Below, one piece after another: positions 53,171 through 60,925 of a stretch of DNA of 64,000 nucleotides. The notes under the pieces are model-generated. The model was not told the DNA's origin. It saw only the letters and a program-made list of their open reading frames with translations, and made no database searches. How positions within the stretch are numbered: position 1 is the first letter of the stretch; every line of letters starts with the position of its first letter. This DNA is from Desulfobacteraceae bacterium. GTDB taxonomy: Bacteria > Desulfobacterota > Desulfobacteria > Desulfobacterales > JAABSP01. Location: NCBI GenBank assembly GCA_011390345.1, contig JAABSP010000008.1, positions 21,277 through 85,276 of the forward strand, written 5' to 3'. The translations under genes and the position numbers were made by a program.

Positions 53171-53494
53171 TCAATCCGATTTCGTCGATTCTTTTTCCTC
53201 GGTCAAAAACGAGCGGACCCGTTCCGAGAGGATGTCAGTGAGAAACCGATAGTTGTTCTCATTGATGGCCTCCAGCCCCCGCAGAAGTTCGTGGATGAGC
53301 TTCATGCTCTTCTCCCGGTATTCCGCAGCCTGCCGGGTCTGAAGCGCGAGCGCCCGTTCTTGAAGCGCAATCTTCTCCTCCAGTTCGGCCAACACCTTCC
53401 CATGCTCTTTTTTAACCTTTCTGGCTTTCATCTTGGGCACATCCTCTTCGACATCCTGGTTTTTCCACTTTTTACAGATTCTTCCAGCATACAC
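53171..53494 (-). CDS. Hypothetical coiled-coil protein
   Basis: Charged, heptad-like sequence (KVLAELEEKIALQERALALQTRQAAEYREK). The start could be the internal MKARK ATG at 53431. Confidence 0.4.
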   Translation of the reverse strand: MYAGRICKKWKNQDVEEDVPKMKARKVKKEHGKVLAELEEKIALQERALALQTRQAAEYREKSMKLIHELLRGLEAINENNYRFLTDILSERVRSFLTEEKESTKSD

Positions 53495-53495
53495 C

Positions 53496-53524
53496 TTGCC
53501 TTTATATCACCGCCGCATTATATT
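53496..53524 (+). promoter_or_regulatory. Sigma-70-like promoter upstream of a terminator-capped short transcript / NifX-like gene leader
   Basis: TTGCCT-N17-TATATT. Confidence 0.4.
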
Positions 53525-53551
53525 TCAAGCCAATAGTGACGGCTCTCAAAA

Positions 53552-53611
53552 ATCGGGCCGTTCTTCCTTTCGGGTTCACTTGTTTCAATCGGGAAGAGCC
53601 CGATTTTTTTT
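53552..53611. terminator. Strong hairpin flanked by A5 and T8 (bidirectional intrinsic-terminator shape), located between divergent genes
   Basis: ATCGGGC/GCCCGAT (7 bp) plus CTTCC/GGAAG (5 bp), followed by TTTTTTTT on the + strand. Confidence 0.55.
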
Positions 53612-53713
53612 ATGGGAGAATGCTTTTTAGCCTTGAATCGGAGCCGGTAATGCGTTATAGAACAAAACCAGAACAGAAGAAGATCAGATTTTTATCAAAG
53701 GAGTGAGAAGCTT

Positions 53714-54091
53714 ATGAAGATCGCATTTCCAACACAGAATGACCAGGGCATGGAAAGCCCTGTATTCAGCCACTTCGGATCGGCCCCCTTTTTTGTGATC
53801 GTGGAGACCGAGACCCGGGCATCGGAGACTATCACCAATAAAGATCTCCATCATACCCACGGACAGTGCAATCCCATGGCCGCATTGAACGGCGTCAAGA
53901 CGGACGCGATTGCGGCCGGCGGCATTGGAAGAGGGGCTCTCATGAAGCTCAACAATGGCGGTGTCTCGGTCTACCGGGCCGTGGAGGGAACCGTTTCCGA
54001 GAATCTGGAACTGATCGCAGCCGGAAAGCTGCCGAAATTCGATCCGGAACATACCTGCGCCGGCCACAGCGGCGGAGAATGCGCCCACTAG
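53714..54091 (+). CDS. NifB/NifX-family (dinitrogenase FeMo-cofactor-binding domain) protein
   Basis: MKIAFPTQNDQGMESPVFSHFGSAPFFVIVE...AIAAGGIGRGALMKLNNGGVSVY, typical of PF02579 proteins. Confidence 0.82.
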   Translation: MKIAFPTQNDQGMESPVFSHFGSAPFFVIVETETRASETITNKDLHHTHGQCNPMAALNGVKTDAIAAGGIGRGALMKLNNGGVSVYRAVEGTVSENLELIAAGKLPKFDPEHTCAGHSGGECAH

Positions 54092-54112
54092 GGCAACCCA
54101 AAGGAGGGAAAG

Positions 54113-54361
54113 ATGCCGCTCTACGATTTTCTCTGTGCAGAGTGCGGAAAAACCTGCGAACTTTTAGTCACATCATCGGCTGAGACCCAGATCTGCACTT
54201 CCTGTGGGAGTGACAAACTCAAGAAGATGCTCTCTGCGCCCTCTTCCCTGACCGGCAGCACCCGGCAGAGTATGCCGGGGCAAGGCGATACTGCCTGTTG
54301 CGGCAGCACTCCGAGCCATGCCGGATGTGCCGGACCCGGCAGTTGTTGCGGGAAGGGATAG
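54113..54361 (+). CDS. FmdB-family zinc-ribbon protein (CxxC_CxxC_SSSS)
   Basis: MPLYDFLCAECGKTCELLV...CTSCGSDKLKKMLSAPS, with a Cys/Gly-rich tail. Confidence 0.8.
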   Translation: MPLYDFLCAECGKTCELLVTSSAETQICTSCGSDKLKKMLSAPSSLTGSTRQSMPGQGDTACCGSTPSHAGCAGPGSCCGKG

Positions 54362-54450
54362 CACTAACGCAGCGCAGCGCATCTCAAAAGGTCTTTGGCA
54401 ATGGATGCCGGAGACCTTATTTTATAAAGGATGAAGGAAAAGGGGATCTT

Positions 54451-55845
54451 CTATCCCGTTTTCCGAACCAGCCGTGTCACCGACTCGATGTGAAAGGTAT
54501 GGGGGAACATATCCACCGGCTGCACCTCCATGACCTCGTACATCTCCTTTAAAGTCAAAAGATCCCTTGCCAGAGTCGAGGGATTGCAGGAGACATAGAC
54601 GATCCTCCCGGGCCCAGCTTCCATCACCCCCTTTACCACATCCTTGTGCATTCCGTCTCTGGGCGGGTCGATGATCATCACATCGGGGTCTGTTCCGATC
54701 TCATCGAGGTTTTTCCTGATATCCCCAAGGACATACCGGCAGTTTTCGATCCCGTTGATCCGGCAGTTTTTCTCCGCGTCGGCCACCGCACTCTCCACAA
54801 TCTCCATGCCGACCACCGATTCTGCCATATCCGACAGGGTGATCCCGATGGTTCCGGTGCCGCAGTAGAGATCGAAGACCGTCTCCGTTCCGGTCAGCTC
54901 CGCATATTCCCGGACGCAGGCGTAGAGCTTTTGGGCTCCTCGGCTGTTGGTCTGGAAAAAGGAGTTTGCCGAGATCTCGAAGGTGTAGGAACCGATTTTA
55001 TCCGTCAGAACCGGCGCGCCGGCCAGTTGAATCTCATACTCCCCCACCGCGATCCCGGCCTTTCTGGCGGTGATGTTGTTCACCACGGATACCACCTGGG
55101 GATATTTCTCCATGAGCATATCCGCCAAAGGTCTGAGCAGCTCCCGGTTTTCCGCTGAAGTAATCAGGTTGACCATCCACTGATCCCCAGCAGCCGAATG
55201 GCGCAGCATCAGAAACCGCCAGAACCCCTCCTGGCTCTTCAGACCGTAGGGCGGTGCGCCTGAATTCTTCATGAATGCGCGCACATCCTCCATGATGAGA
55301 TTGCCCAGCGCCGGATGGAGGAGACAGCGCTTGGTGTCGATGACCTTGTGAAAGGTTCCGGGCATATGCAGCCCCAGGGCAAAGTCCGTTTCCAGCCCCT
55401 CCTCTCCCATCTCCGACGGCAGCAGCCACCGCCGGTCCGAGCAGGAGAACTCCATCTTGTTCCGGTATTCGAAGATCCTCTCCGACGGCAGGGTCTCATG
55501 CACCGTCACCCCCTTCAGCAGCGCGATATGCTCTAACGATTCGGCCACATGGCGCCGCTTGTATTCGATCTGCCGGTCATAGTCAAGAAACTGCCATTTG
55601 CAGCCTCCGCAATAGCCGCTGTATCGGCAGGGGGGGTGAACCCGGTCCGGCGAAGGTGTCAGAATCTCTTGGGTGCGGGCCTCGGCATAATTCTTCTTTT
55701 TTTTGAAAATCCTTGCCTTCACCCGGTCTCCGGGCACCGCGCCATCCACAAACAGGGTATATCCGTCGATTTTGGCGATCCCTCTGCCGCCGAATGCGAT
55801 GTCTGTGACCGCCAGTTCGATCTCCTGTCCTTTTTTAATGCTCAT
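54451..55845 (-). CDS. rlmD: 23S rRNA (uracil-C5)-methyltransferase RlmD/RumA family
   Basis: TRAM domain, an Fe-S cysteine block (CRYSGYCGGCKWQ), the SAM motif DLYCGTGTIG, and C-terminal VYVSCNP. Confidence 0.9.
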   Translation of the reverse strand: MSIKKGQEIELAVTDIAFGGRGIAKIDGYTLFVDGAVPGDRVKARIFKKKKNYAEARTQEILTPSPDRVHPPCRYSGYCGGCKWQFLDYDRQIEYKRRHVAESLEHIALLKGVTVHETLPSERIFEYRNKMEFSCSDRRWLLPSEMGEEGLETDFALGLHMPGTFHKVIDTKRCLLHPALGNLIMEDVRAFMKNSGAPPYGLKSQEGFWRFLMLRHSAAGDQWMVNLITSAENRELLRPLADMLMEKYPQVVSVVNNITARKAGIAVGEYEIQLAGAPVLTDKIGSYTFEISANSFFQTNSRGAQKLYACVREYAELTGTETVFDLYCGTGTIGITLSDMAESVVGMEIVESAVADAEKNCRINGIENCRYVLGDIRKNLDEIGTDPDVMIIDPPRDGMHKDVVKGVMEAGPGRIVYVSCNPSTLARDLLTLKEMYEVMEVQPVDMFPHTFHIESVTRLVRKTG

Positions 55846-56041
55846 CTTTATTTTGATTTCTTTTGTTTCTGTTTGATTTCAGGTTAAAAAGGGGCCTCTT
55901 TTGATGTGCGTTTTCCACTCGGGACTCTATCATGGAAAGGGAAAAAATGACAGCCCCCATGGGATTTGGATTTTAAGACTTGTCCAGGGCGGCAAGTTGG
56001 TATAGAAGCCAGAGAGTTTTTAAAATGATTTGAGAGGTCGA

Positions 56042-56374
56042 ATGAAGTCTGTTCTGATCATTTCAGATAAAGATGAGGCCGTTGGGACCCTGCGATCCGC
56101 TTTTGCCAAAAAGGATCGTATCGCCCATGCCCAGAATATGGAGAATGCACTGGAGATCCTTCATAAGCGGCGGTTTGATCTCCTCTTCGTGGATATCGAA
56201 GCCTGTCTGCGGGAGAGCCGTCAGCACGGGAAGGCGATCCAGCCCTTTTTGGATCTCTATCCCACTTCTGCGGATCATCGTGATGGCGCCGAGGGACAAG
56301 ATCAGAGATGCGCTGATGACGGTAAATGGCTGATGCTCCGGTACGATCTCCACAAGGAGGAATTTAAGGCCTGA
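56042..56374 (+). pseudogene. Decayed response-regulator receiver domain (frameshifted and truncated)
   Basis: MKSVLIISDKDEAV...FDLLFVDIE is a receiver N-terminal half. The expected continuation (IIVMAPRDKIRDALMTVNG) lies in a different frame (track ORF 56073..56333). No output domain follows. Confidence 0.5.
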
Positions 56375-56832
56375 AATAATTTAAGGCCAGCCGGAACCGC
56401 TCCGACTGGCCTTAAAAAGAAGGAAAAAAGATGAAGAAATTATTAGGTCTGCTCTTACAATATGCAAGAGCCTTGCCAGTTATTCTCTTTAGATGGAATT
56501 TTTTTGGGAATAGATGGTATATTATAAATATATTAGAGGGTTAATTGATTTGGAGCACTGCAGATGCTCTCCCATTTCCTGGAGAAATCCTGAAGCTGAG
56601 GAGGGGAATTGTTCATTAATTTTAACGAAAGAGAGATGGTTTACTTATTTAGGGCTAAAATATCAATGGTTTAAATCTATCATTAAGTCGTTCAGATTTT
56701 TGAACCCGGTGAGTTCAAAAACAGAAATTATTCTATAAGCGACTAACATTTAAATAGATAAAACCTGTTTATACTTTTGAACTGATCTGCAGCGCATACC
56801 TTCCGGACGCTTTTGCCTCTGACGTTTATTCG

Positions 56833-56866
56833 GTCCTTTACGTCCTTTTTGTCCTTTATGTCCCTT
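56833..56866. repeat. Four tandem GTCC(C)TTT units (AAAGGAC on the minus strand) with 8-9-nt spacing
   Basis: cgGTCCTTTAcGTCCTTTTtGTCCTTTAtGTCCCTTTgcc, located 20-55 nt downstream of the DUF1566 gene stop. Confidence 0.6.
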
Positions 56867-56887
56867 TGCCTCCATTTTGCTCTCAAT

Positions 56888-57850
56888 CTATCCCCGCACG
56901 GGCCAGAGATGAAACTGCGCATTCGGCTTGTATCCCACGCCAACGGGGCCGTCTCTCAGATAGATAACCCATGCATACGCGGGATCGTAGAAGCTTGTGG
57001 TGGATGACCAGTAATCCTCCCGGACATTTTGGAATGGATGGCCTTCGGAGATGGCCGGGGAATGGTATCGAAGATCGGTGATGCTCTCCATCTCCCGGAT
57101 GTTGGGCAGTCGCCAGTCCGAATAACCCATCGCGTTTTGCCGGTTCATCTCCAAGACATAATCGAGGGCATCCTGCCAGGAGACTTCGCCCTTTGCAAGA
57201 TCCCCATCCCTTGCCCAGACCAGCCCTGTATACTGATCGGCCGCGATCTCTTCATTTTCCGATATTGTAAATCGAAAGGAGATCTCCCGAGAGGGAAAGC
57301 CTTTTCCCCGCACGGGCCAGAGCATATAGGAGCCGTGTTTCATTCCCTTGAAGACCCTCCCGCCGCCGAAATGGACATACCAGGCCTGATCCGGCAATCT
57401 CGCACAGGACGTTGCGGTCCAGTAGTATCCGGTGAAGACCTCTTCAAAGGGATGATCCAGCGGAAGGCTGGGATTGATACGGCTGTGGCTGATCAGGGAG
57501 AAGAGTTCGGGCCGGGTGGGCAGGCGCCAATCGTCATGATCGGATGCTTTGGAGCGGTTCATCTCCTCGATGAAGGCAAAGGATTCGGACCAGGTAAGGG
57601 GAAATTCGGCCGGCGCGGCATTGCGGCTCCAGGTCAGGCCGGTATGCTGGTCCAAAACAATTTGGCCGTGGGGCCGGAAACGATCCCCTGACGCATCTTT
57701 CCGGGCATGCGCAGATGTATCGGTTTTTCTCTCGCCGTCCTGGCCCGTCCCCGGGCAGGGGACGGGAAGGCCGGCCGGGTCATAGCAGTCAGTCTGATCG
57801 GTTTCCAGCAAAAGGGTGCGAGAATCGGGGGCAACCAAAGATCGAGGCAT
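56888..57850 (-). CDS. Protein with two DUF1566 (Lcl C-terminal/CLec-like) domains
   Basis: Two copies of DWRLP(T/N)..E(L/M) ... YW(T/S)(A/S)T ... LWPVRG. Confidence 0.78.
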   Translation of the reverse strand: MPRSLVAPDSRTLLLETDQTDCYDPAGLPVPCPGTGQDGERKTDTSAHARKDASGDRFRPHGQIVLDQHTGLTWSRNAAPAEFPLTWSESFAFIEEMNRSKASDHDDWRLPTRPELFSLISHSRINPSLPLDHPFEEVFTGYYWTATSCARLPDQAWYVHFGGGRVFKGMKHGSYMLWPVRGKGFPSREISFRFTISENEEIAADQYTGLVWARDGDLAKGEVSWQDALDYVLEMNRQNAMGYSDWRLPNIREMESITDLRYHSPAISEGHPFQNVREDYWSSTTSFYDPAYAWVIYLRDGPVGVGYKPNAQFHLWPVRG

Positions 57851-57861
57851 GGGCGGCGATA

Positions 57862-58089
57862 TCAGATTCCGCCCCGGCTGGCCTCGTAGCAGCGCTTCTC
57901 CACATACTGCCCCTGTTTCTCGTCGAAAACAGCCTCGTTCTCATGAACCAGCTTCTGGACATCTCCCCAGGCGCCGCAGGCCATGACTGCGCTCTCGCCC
58001 ATCTCGAACCGCTTGCCGCAGGATGCGCATCCCTCGTTCAGGGTGTTCATCAGTTCCCGGCTGACGATGGTCTTCTGTGGGGTATTCAT
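57862..58089 (-). CDS. Small hypothetical protein (75 aa)
   Basis: Strong RBS (AAAGGAGGAG 4 nt before the ATG). Contains CASCGKRF...ACG. It ends 11 nt before the DUF1566 gene start. Confidence 0.55.
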   Translation of the reverse strand: MNTPQKTIVSRELMNTLNEGCASCGKRFEMGESAVMACGAWGDVQKLVHENEAVFDEKQGQYVEKRCYEASRGGI

Positions 58090-58108
58090 TTGGCTCCTCC
58101 TTTACAGA

Positions 58109-58303
58109 TTATAGTTTTTCGTCAAATGTTCCCCCCCGCCCCTGATCGCAGGCATCCTCATCCTGGTCGTTCCGGATCGCTTCAGGGTTTCCGGGATTGA
58201 CGCAATAGTCGAGTCCTTCGGTCGATTCTCTATTGGCCGGGTCTGTGACTTCTTTTTCTCTTTTCTCTTTGCTTTTCTTCTCTTCGGTATTCTCTTTTGA
58301 CAT
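58109..58303 (-). CDS. Small acidic/lysine-rich hypothetical protein (64 aa)
   Basis: The ATG at 58303 is preceded by GAGGAG plus a 6-nt spacer. Sequence: MSKENTEEKKSKEKREKEV.... The longer track ORF has no RBS. Confidence 0.45.
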   Translation of the reverse strand: MSKENTEEKKSKEKREKEVTDPANRESTEGLDYCVNPGNPEAIRNDQDEDACDQGRGGTFDEKL

Positions 58304-58490
58304 GATTACTCCTCTCTGTCGGGTCTGTTTCAGGCCATTTCCCATTTTCCTCGAATAGGATTCAAAAAGGAAAAAGCCTGAAAATGCAATCTCATCATAA
58401 GGCATAAAGAGCCTGTTTTGAAATTGGGTAAAGACCCTATTTTTGAGGAGTGGACACCCCAAATTCTGCTCTGCTCACTAATATTCAGAT

Positions 58491-60896
58491 CTATTCAAGC
58501 TGTTCGGCCCGCTGTTTGTAAAGAAAATGATAGATGAATTCGCAGTACCGGTCCATCTTCTTCTTTCCCTCTGCCGAGACGCTAAACCGCCAGAATCCAT
58601 ACAGTTTCGCCAGATTGATGAGCCGCTCGCTGTAGAGGCTCCAGGTGAAGCTCTCCCGGACCCGCTCGATGCCCTTTTCTGAAATCTCCTTCCAGAGATC
58701 GGGATTTTTCTCCTCACTGTCGGCAAATCCTTCAATGGCCGCTGCGATGAGCTGGGGTTCACTGGTATTGATCAGAAAGCCGTCCTGACCATCCCGGATG
58801 ATCTCCCTTGGCCCGCCGAAATGGGTGGCAAAGGTGACAAGACCCGAGGCCATCGCCTCAAGAATGGTGAGGCCGAAGGCTTCGAAAAGAGCCGGCTGGA
58901 CAAAAAAGCCTTTGCGGTCCGCAATTACACGATAGGCCTCTCCTGTCTCCAGCTTGGGAATGCTCGGCAGCCACCGGAGGCTTCCCTGAAGTTGATACTG
59001 GTCGATCAGAGCATAGGCCTGGCGGATCTGCTCCCGCTCCTCCTCGTCCTGGGATTCATCCAGATGGATGGTTCCGGCCGCAAAGACGAGGTTGTACTTC
59101 TCCCGCAGTTTCCGGCTCATGCCAAAGGCTTCGATGAGCCCGGTGATGTTTTTGATTTTGTCGAAGCGGGCCATGGTGAAGATCGGCGGCTTCTCAGGCG
59201 CATCCAGTTGTCCGTAGATCTCATCAGAACTATCCGTAAAGAGGCGGCCCTCCCATTTCCGGGTCTGGTGCTGAATCCGCTGATCCGCAGCCGTATAGGG
59301 AAAGTAGATCTGCTCGTCAACACCAGGGGGAATGACATTGAACTTGGGCGCGAAGAGATTGACGCCGCTCACCACCTGATAGAGCTGGGGCATGGTGAAG
59401 AACTGGTAGGATTCGTACTGCCCCATCTCGTATTCGGTTCCCACAATCTCCTGCGTGGTGCTGGTGATGATGAAGTCGGACTTGTTCATGGCCAGAATAT
59501 CTGCGGTGAACTGGATGGAGAAGTTGTACTCCCTCTCCATATCCTGCCAGTAGAGGTCCGAAAAGAGGTATTTCGATTTCTCCAGAGCGTGGGCGATGGT
59601 GCATTGGATCACATTCATCTTGTCGGAAAGGAGAGTGGCCACCAGATTGCCGTCCGAATAGTTGCCGATGATCAGATCGGGCCTTCCGTGAAAGGTGTGC
59701 ATCAGTTCGGTCTCGGCATCGCTGGCAAACCGCTCCAGGTATGGCCAGATCTTGAAGCGGGAGATCCAGTGGCGGATCACGTTCTGGTTTTGATCCCTAA
59801 ACGGGATTCTGACAATCCATGCATTCTCCGTGCCGTGGATCTTCTCCTTTCGCTGGTCGCAGGAGGTATTCCCGGCATCGGGAATGAGCCGGGTCAGCAC
59901 GATGATCTGGGGTTTGATGTCGAGGCCCGTTAGGGCGATCTCCTTTTCCAGATACTTCTCCAGTGCCCGGACCTGATCCAGGATATATATCACCTGCCCC
60001 CCGGTATCCGGCTTTCCCAGTACGTTCTCCTGACCGAACCAGCCGTGGGGAGAGAGGATCGCGATCTTGGAGATCAGCGGCAGCGTCACCCGGGAGAGAA
60101 AGCTTTCCAGCATCACATCCGTGGGTTCGTCGATGAGTTCCTTGAGCATCTCCATGCTCTCGACGATTCGGCCCACACTGTTTCCCCAGCCCGGCTCGAA
60201 CCCGGCTTTTTTCATGTCCGAAGCCACCTCATTGTAAGGTGTTTGGGCCGGCAGGGTTTCGAGGCGGGCGATCATCTTCTCGATCTCGTTCAGGCAGTGC
60301 CTGAAATTTTCGATGATATCCCCGTTGATAAGCAATTGTGTCCCGTTGTACTTGTGGAGCTTGATGAAGTCGAAGCTTTTGCGCTTCCACTCCCGGGGAT
60401 GCTGGAAGATGTTGCTGCAGAGGTAGCGGCTTAAAAAACGGATGCCGTTGCCCAGCTTCTTAGGGTCCCGGATGGAGGGGGAGAAATCGTAAAAGGGCTT
60501 GAAGTCGAGGTGCAGATGCCGCATCCGATCCTCTGCAGACCCTCCGCCGAAATAGCGGTCCTTGAACTCGAGGTACTGATCTGTTGATATCTCCTCCATA
60601 TATTCCGCGTCATTTCGAAGCATCAGGAGCCGATAGCGCGCCAGCGCGTGTCGATAGGAGATGACGGTGTAGGATTCCAGGATAAAAAGATCCTGTACCT
60701 TGTTCAAAAAGCGAACGGTCTCGGATGTTGTTTTATAGGATTCTTCCTTGCCCTGGGAGTCGCAGAAGCGTTCAAAGGCAAGTATGATATCGTTTCGCAG
60801 CAGTAGTTTTTTCTCCTGCTGGGTGAGCATGGAGATGAACTCTTTGAAATCCCTTTTCTCATCATTGGGGATGATGCTCTCTAGAAGACCTTGCAT
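58491..60896 (-). CDS. Sucrose synthase (GT4 family, UDP/ADP-glucose:fructose glucosyltransferase)
   Basis: GNYSDGNLVATLLSDKMNVIQCTIAHALEKSKY...FTADILAMNKSDFIITSTTQEI...GQYES...PKFNVIPPGVD is nearly motif-for-motif identical to plant and cyanobacterial SuSy. Start at ATG 60896. Confidence 0.92.
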   Translation of the reverse strand: MQGLLESIIPNDEKRDFKEFISMLTQQEKKLLLRNDIILAFERFCDSQGKEESYKTTSETVRFLNKVQDLFILESYTVISYRHALARYRLLMLRNDAEYMEEISTDQYLEFKDRYFGGGSAEDRMRHLHLDFKPFYDFSPSIRDPKKLGNGIRFLSRYLCSNIFQHPREWKRKSFDFIKLHKYNGTQLLINGDIIENFRHCLNEIEKMIARLETLPAQTPYNEVASDMKKAGFEPGWGNSVGRIVESMEMLKELIDEPTDVMLESFLSRVTLPLISKIAILSPHGWFGQENVLGKPDTGGQVIYILDQVRALEKYLEKEIALTGLDIKPQIIVLTRLIPDAGNTSCDQRKEKIHGTENAWIVRIPFRDQNQNVIRHWISRFKIWPYLERFASDAETELMHTFHGRPDLIIGNYSDGNLVATLLSDKMNVIQCTIAHALEKSKYLFSDLYWQDMEREYNFSIQFTADILAMNKSDFIITSTTQEIVGTEYEMGQYESYQFFTMPQLYQVVSGVNLFAPKFNVIPPGVDEQIYFPYTAADQRIQHQTRKWEGRLFTDSSDEIYGQLDAPEKPPIFTMARFDKIKNITGLIEAFGMSRKLREKYNLVFAAGTIHLDESQDEEEREQIRQAYALIDQYQLQGSLRWLPSIPKLETGEAYRVIADRKGFFVQPALFEAFGLTILEAMASGLVTFATHFGGPREIIRDGQDGFLINTSEPQLIAAAIEGFADSEEKNPDLWKEISEKGIERVRESFTWSLYSERLINLAKLYGFWRFSVSAEGKKKMDRYCEFIYHFLYKQRAEQLE

Positions 60897-60925
60897 AAAA
60901 AAACCCTTTTTTGCCGTTCCTTTGA

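Noticed and set aside
56431-56738. Short AT-rich ORFs (37 and 74 codons) as genuine genes.
   Set aside because: They are in different frames and lack an RBS. Their composition is unlike the rest of the window, so they are more likely remnants of a degraded foreign gene.
56888-57425. A diversity-generating retroelement target. DUF1566/CLec domains are common DGR variable proteins, and the 17-nt string CCCCGCACGGGCCAGAG occurs twice (56892-56908 and 57306-57322).
   Set aside because: The two copies are simply the conserved LWPVRG ends of the two internal DUF1566 domains. Upstream of the 17-19 nt the DNA diverges far too much for a TR/VR pair, the differences are not adenine-specific, and no reverse transcriptase or avd gene lies in the window.
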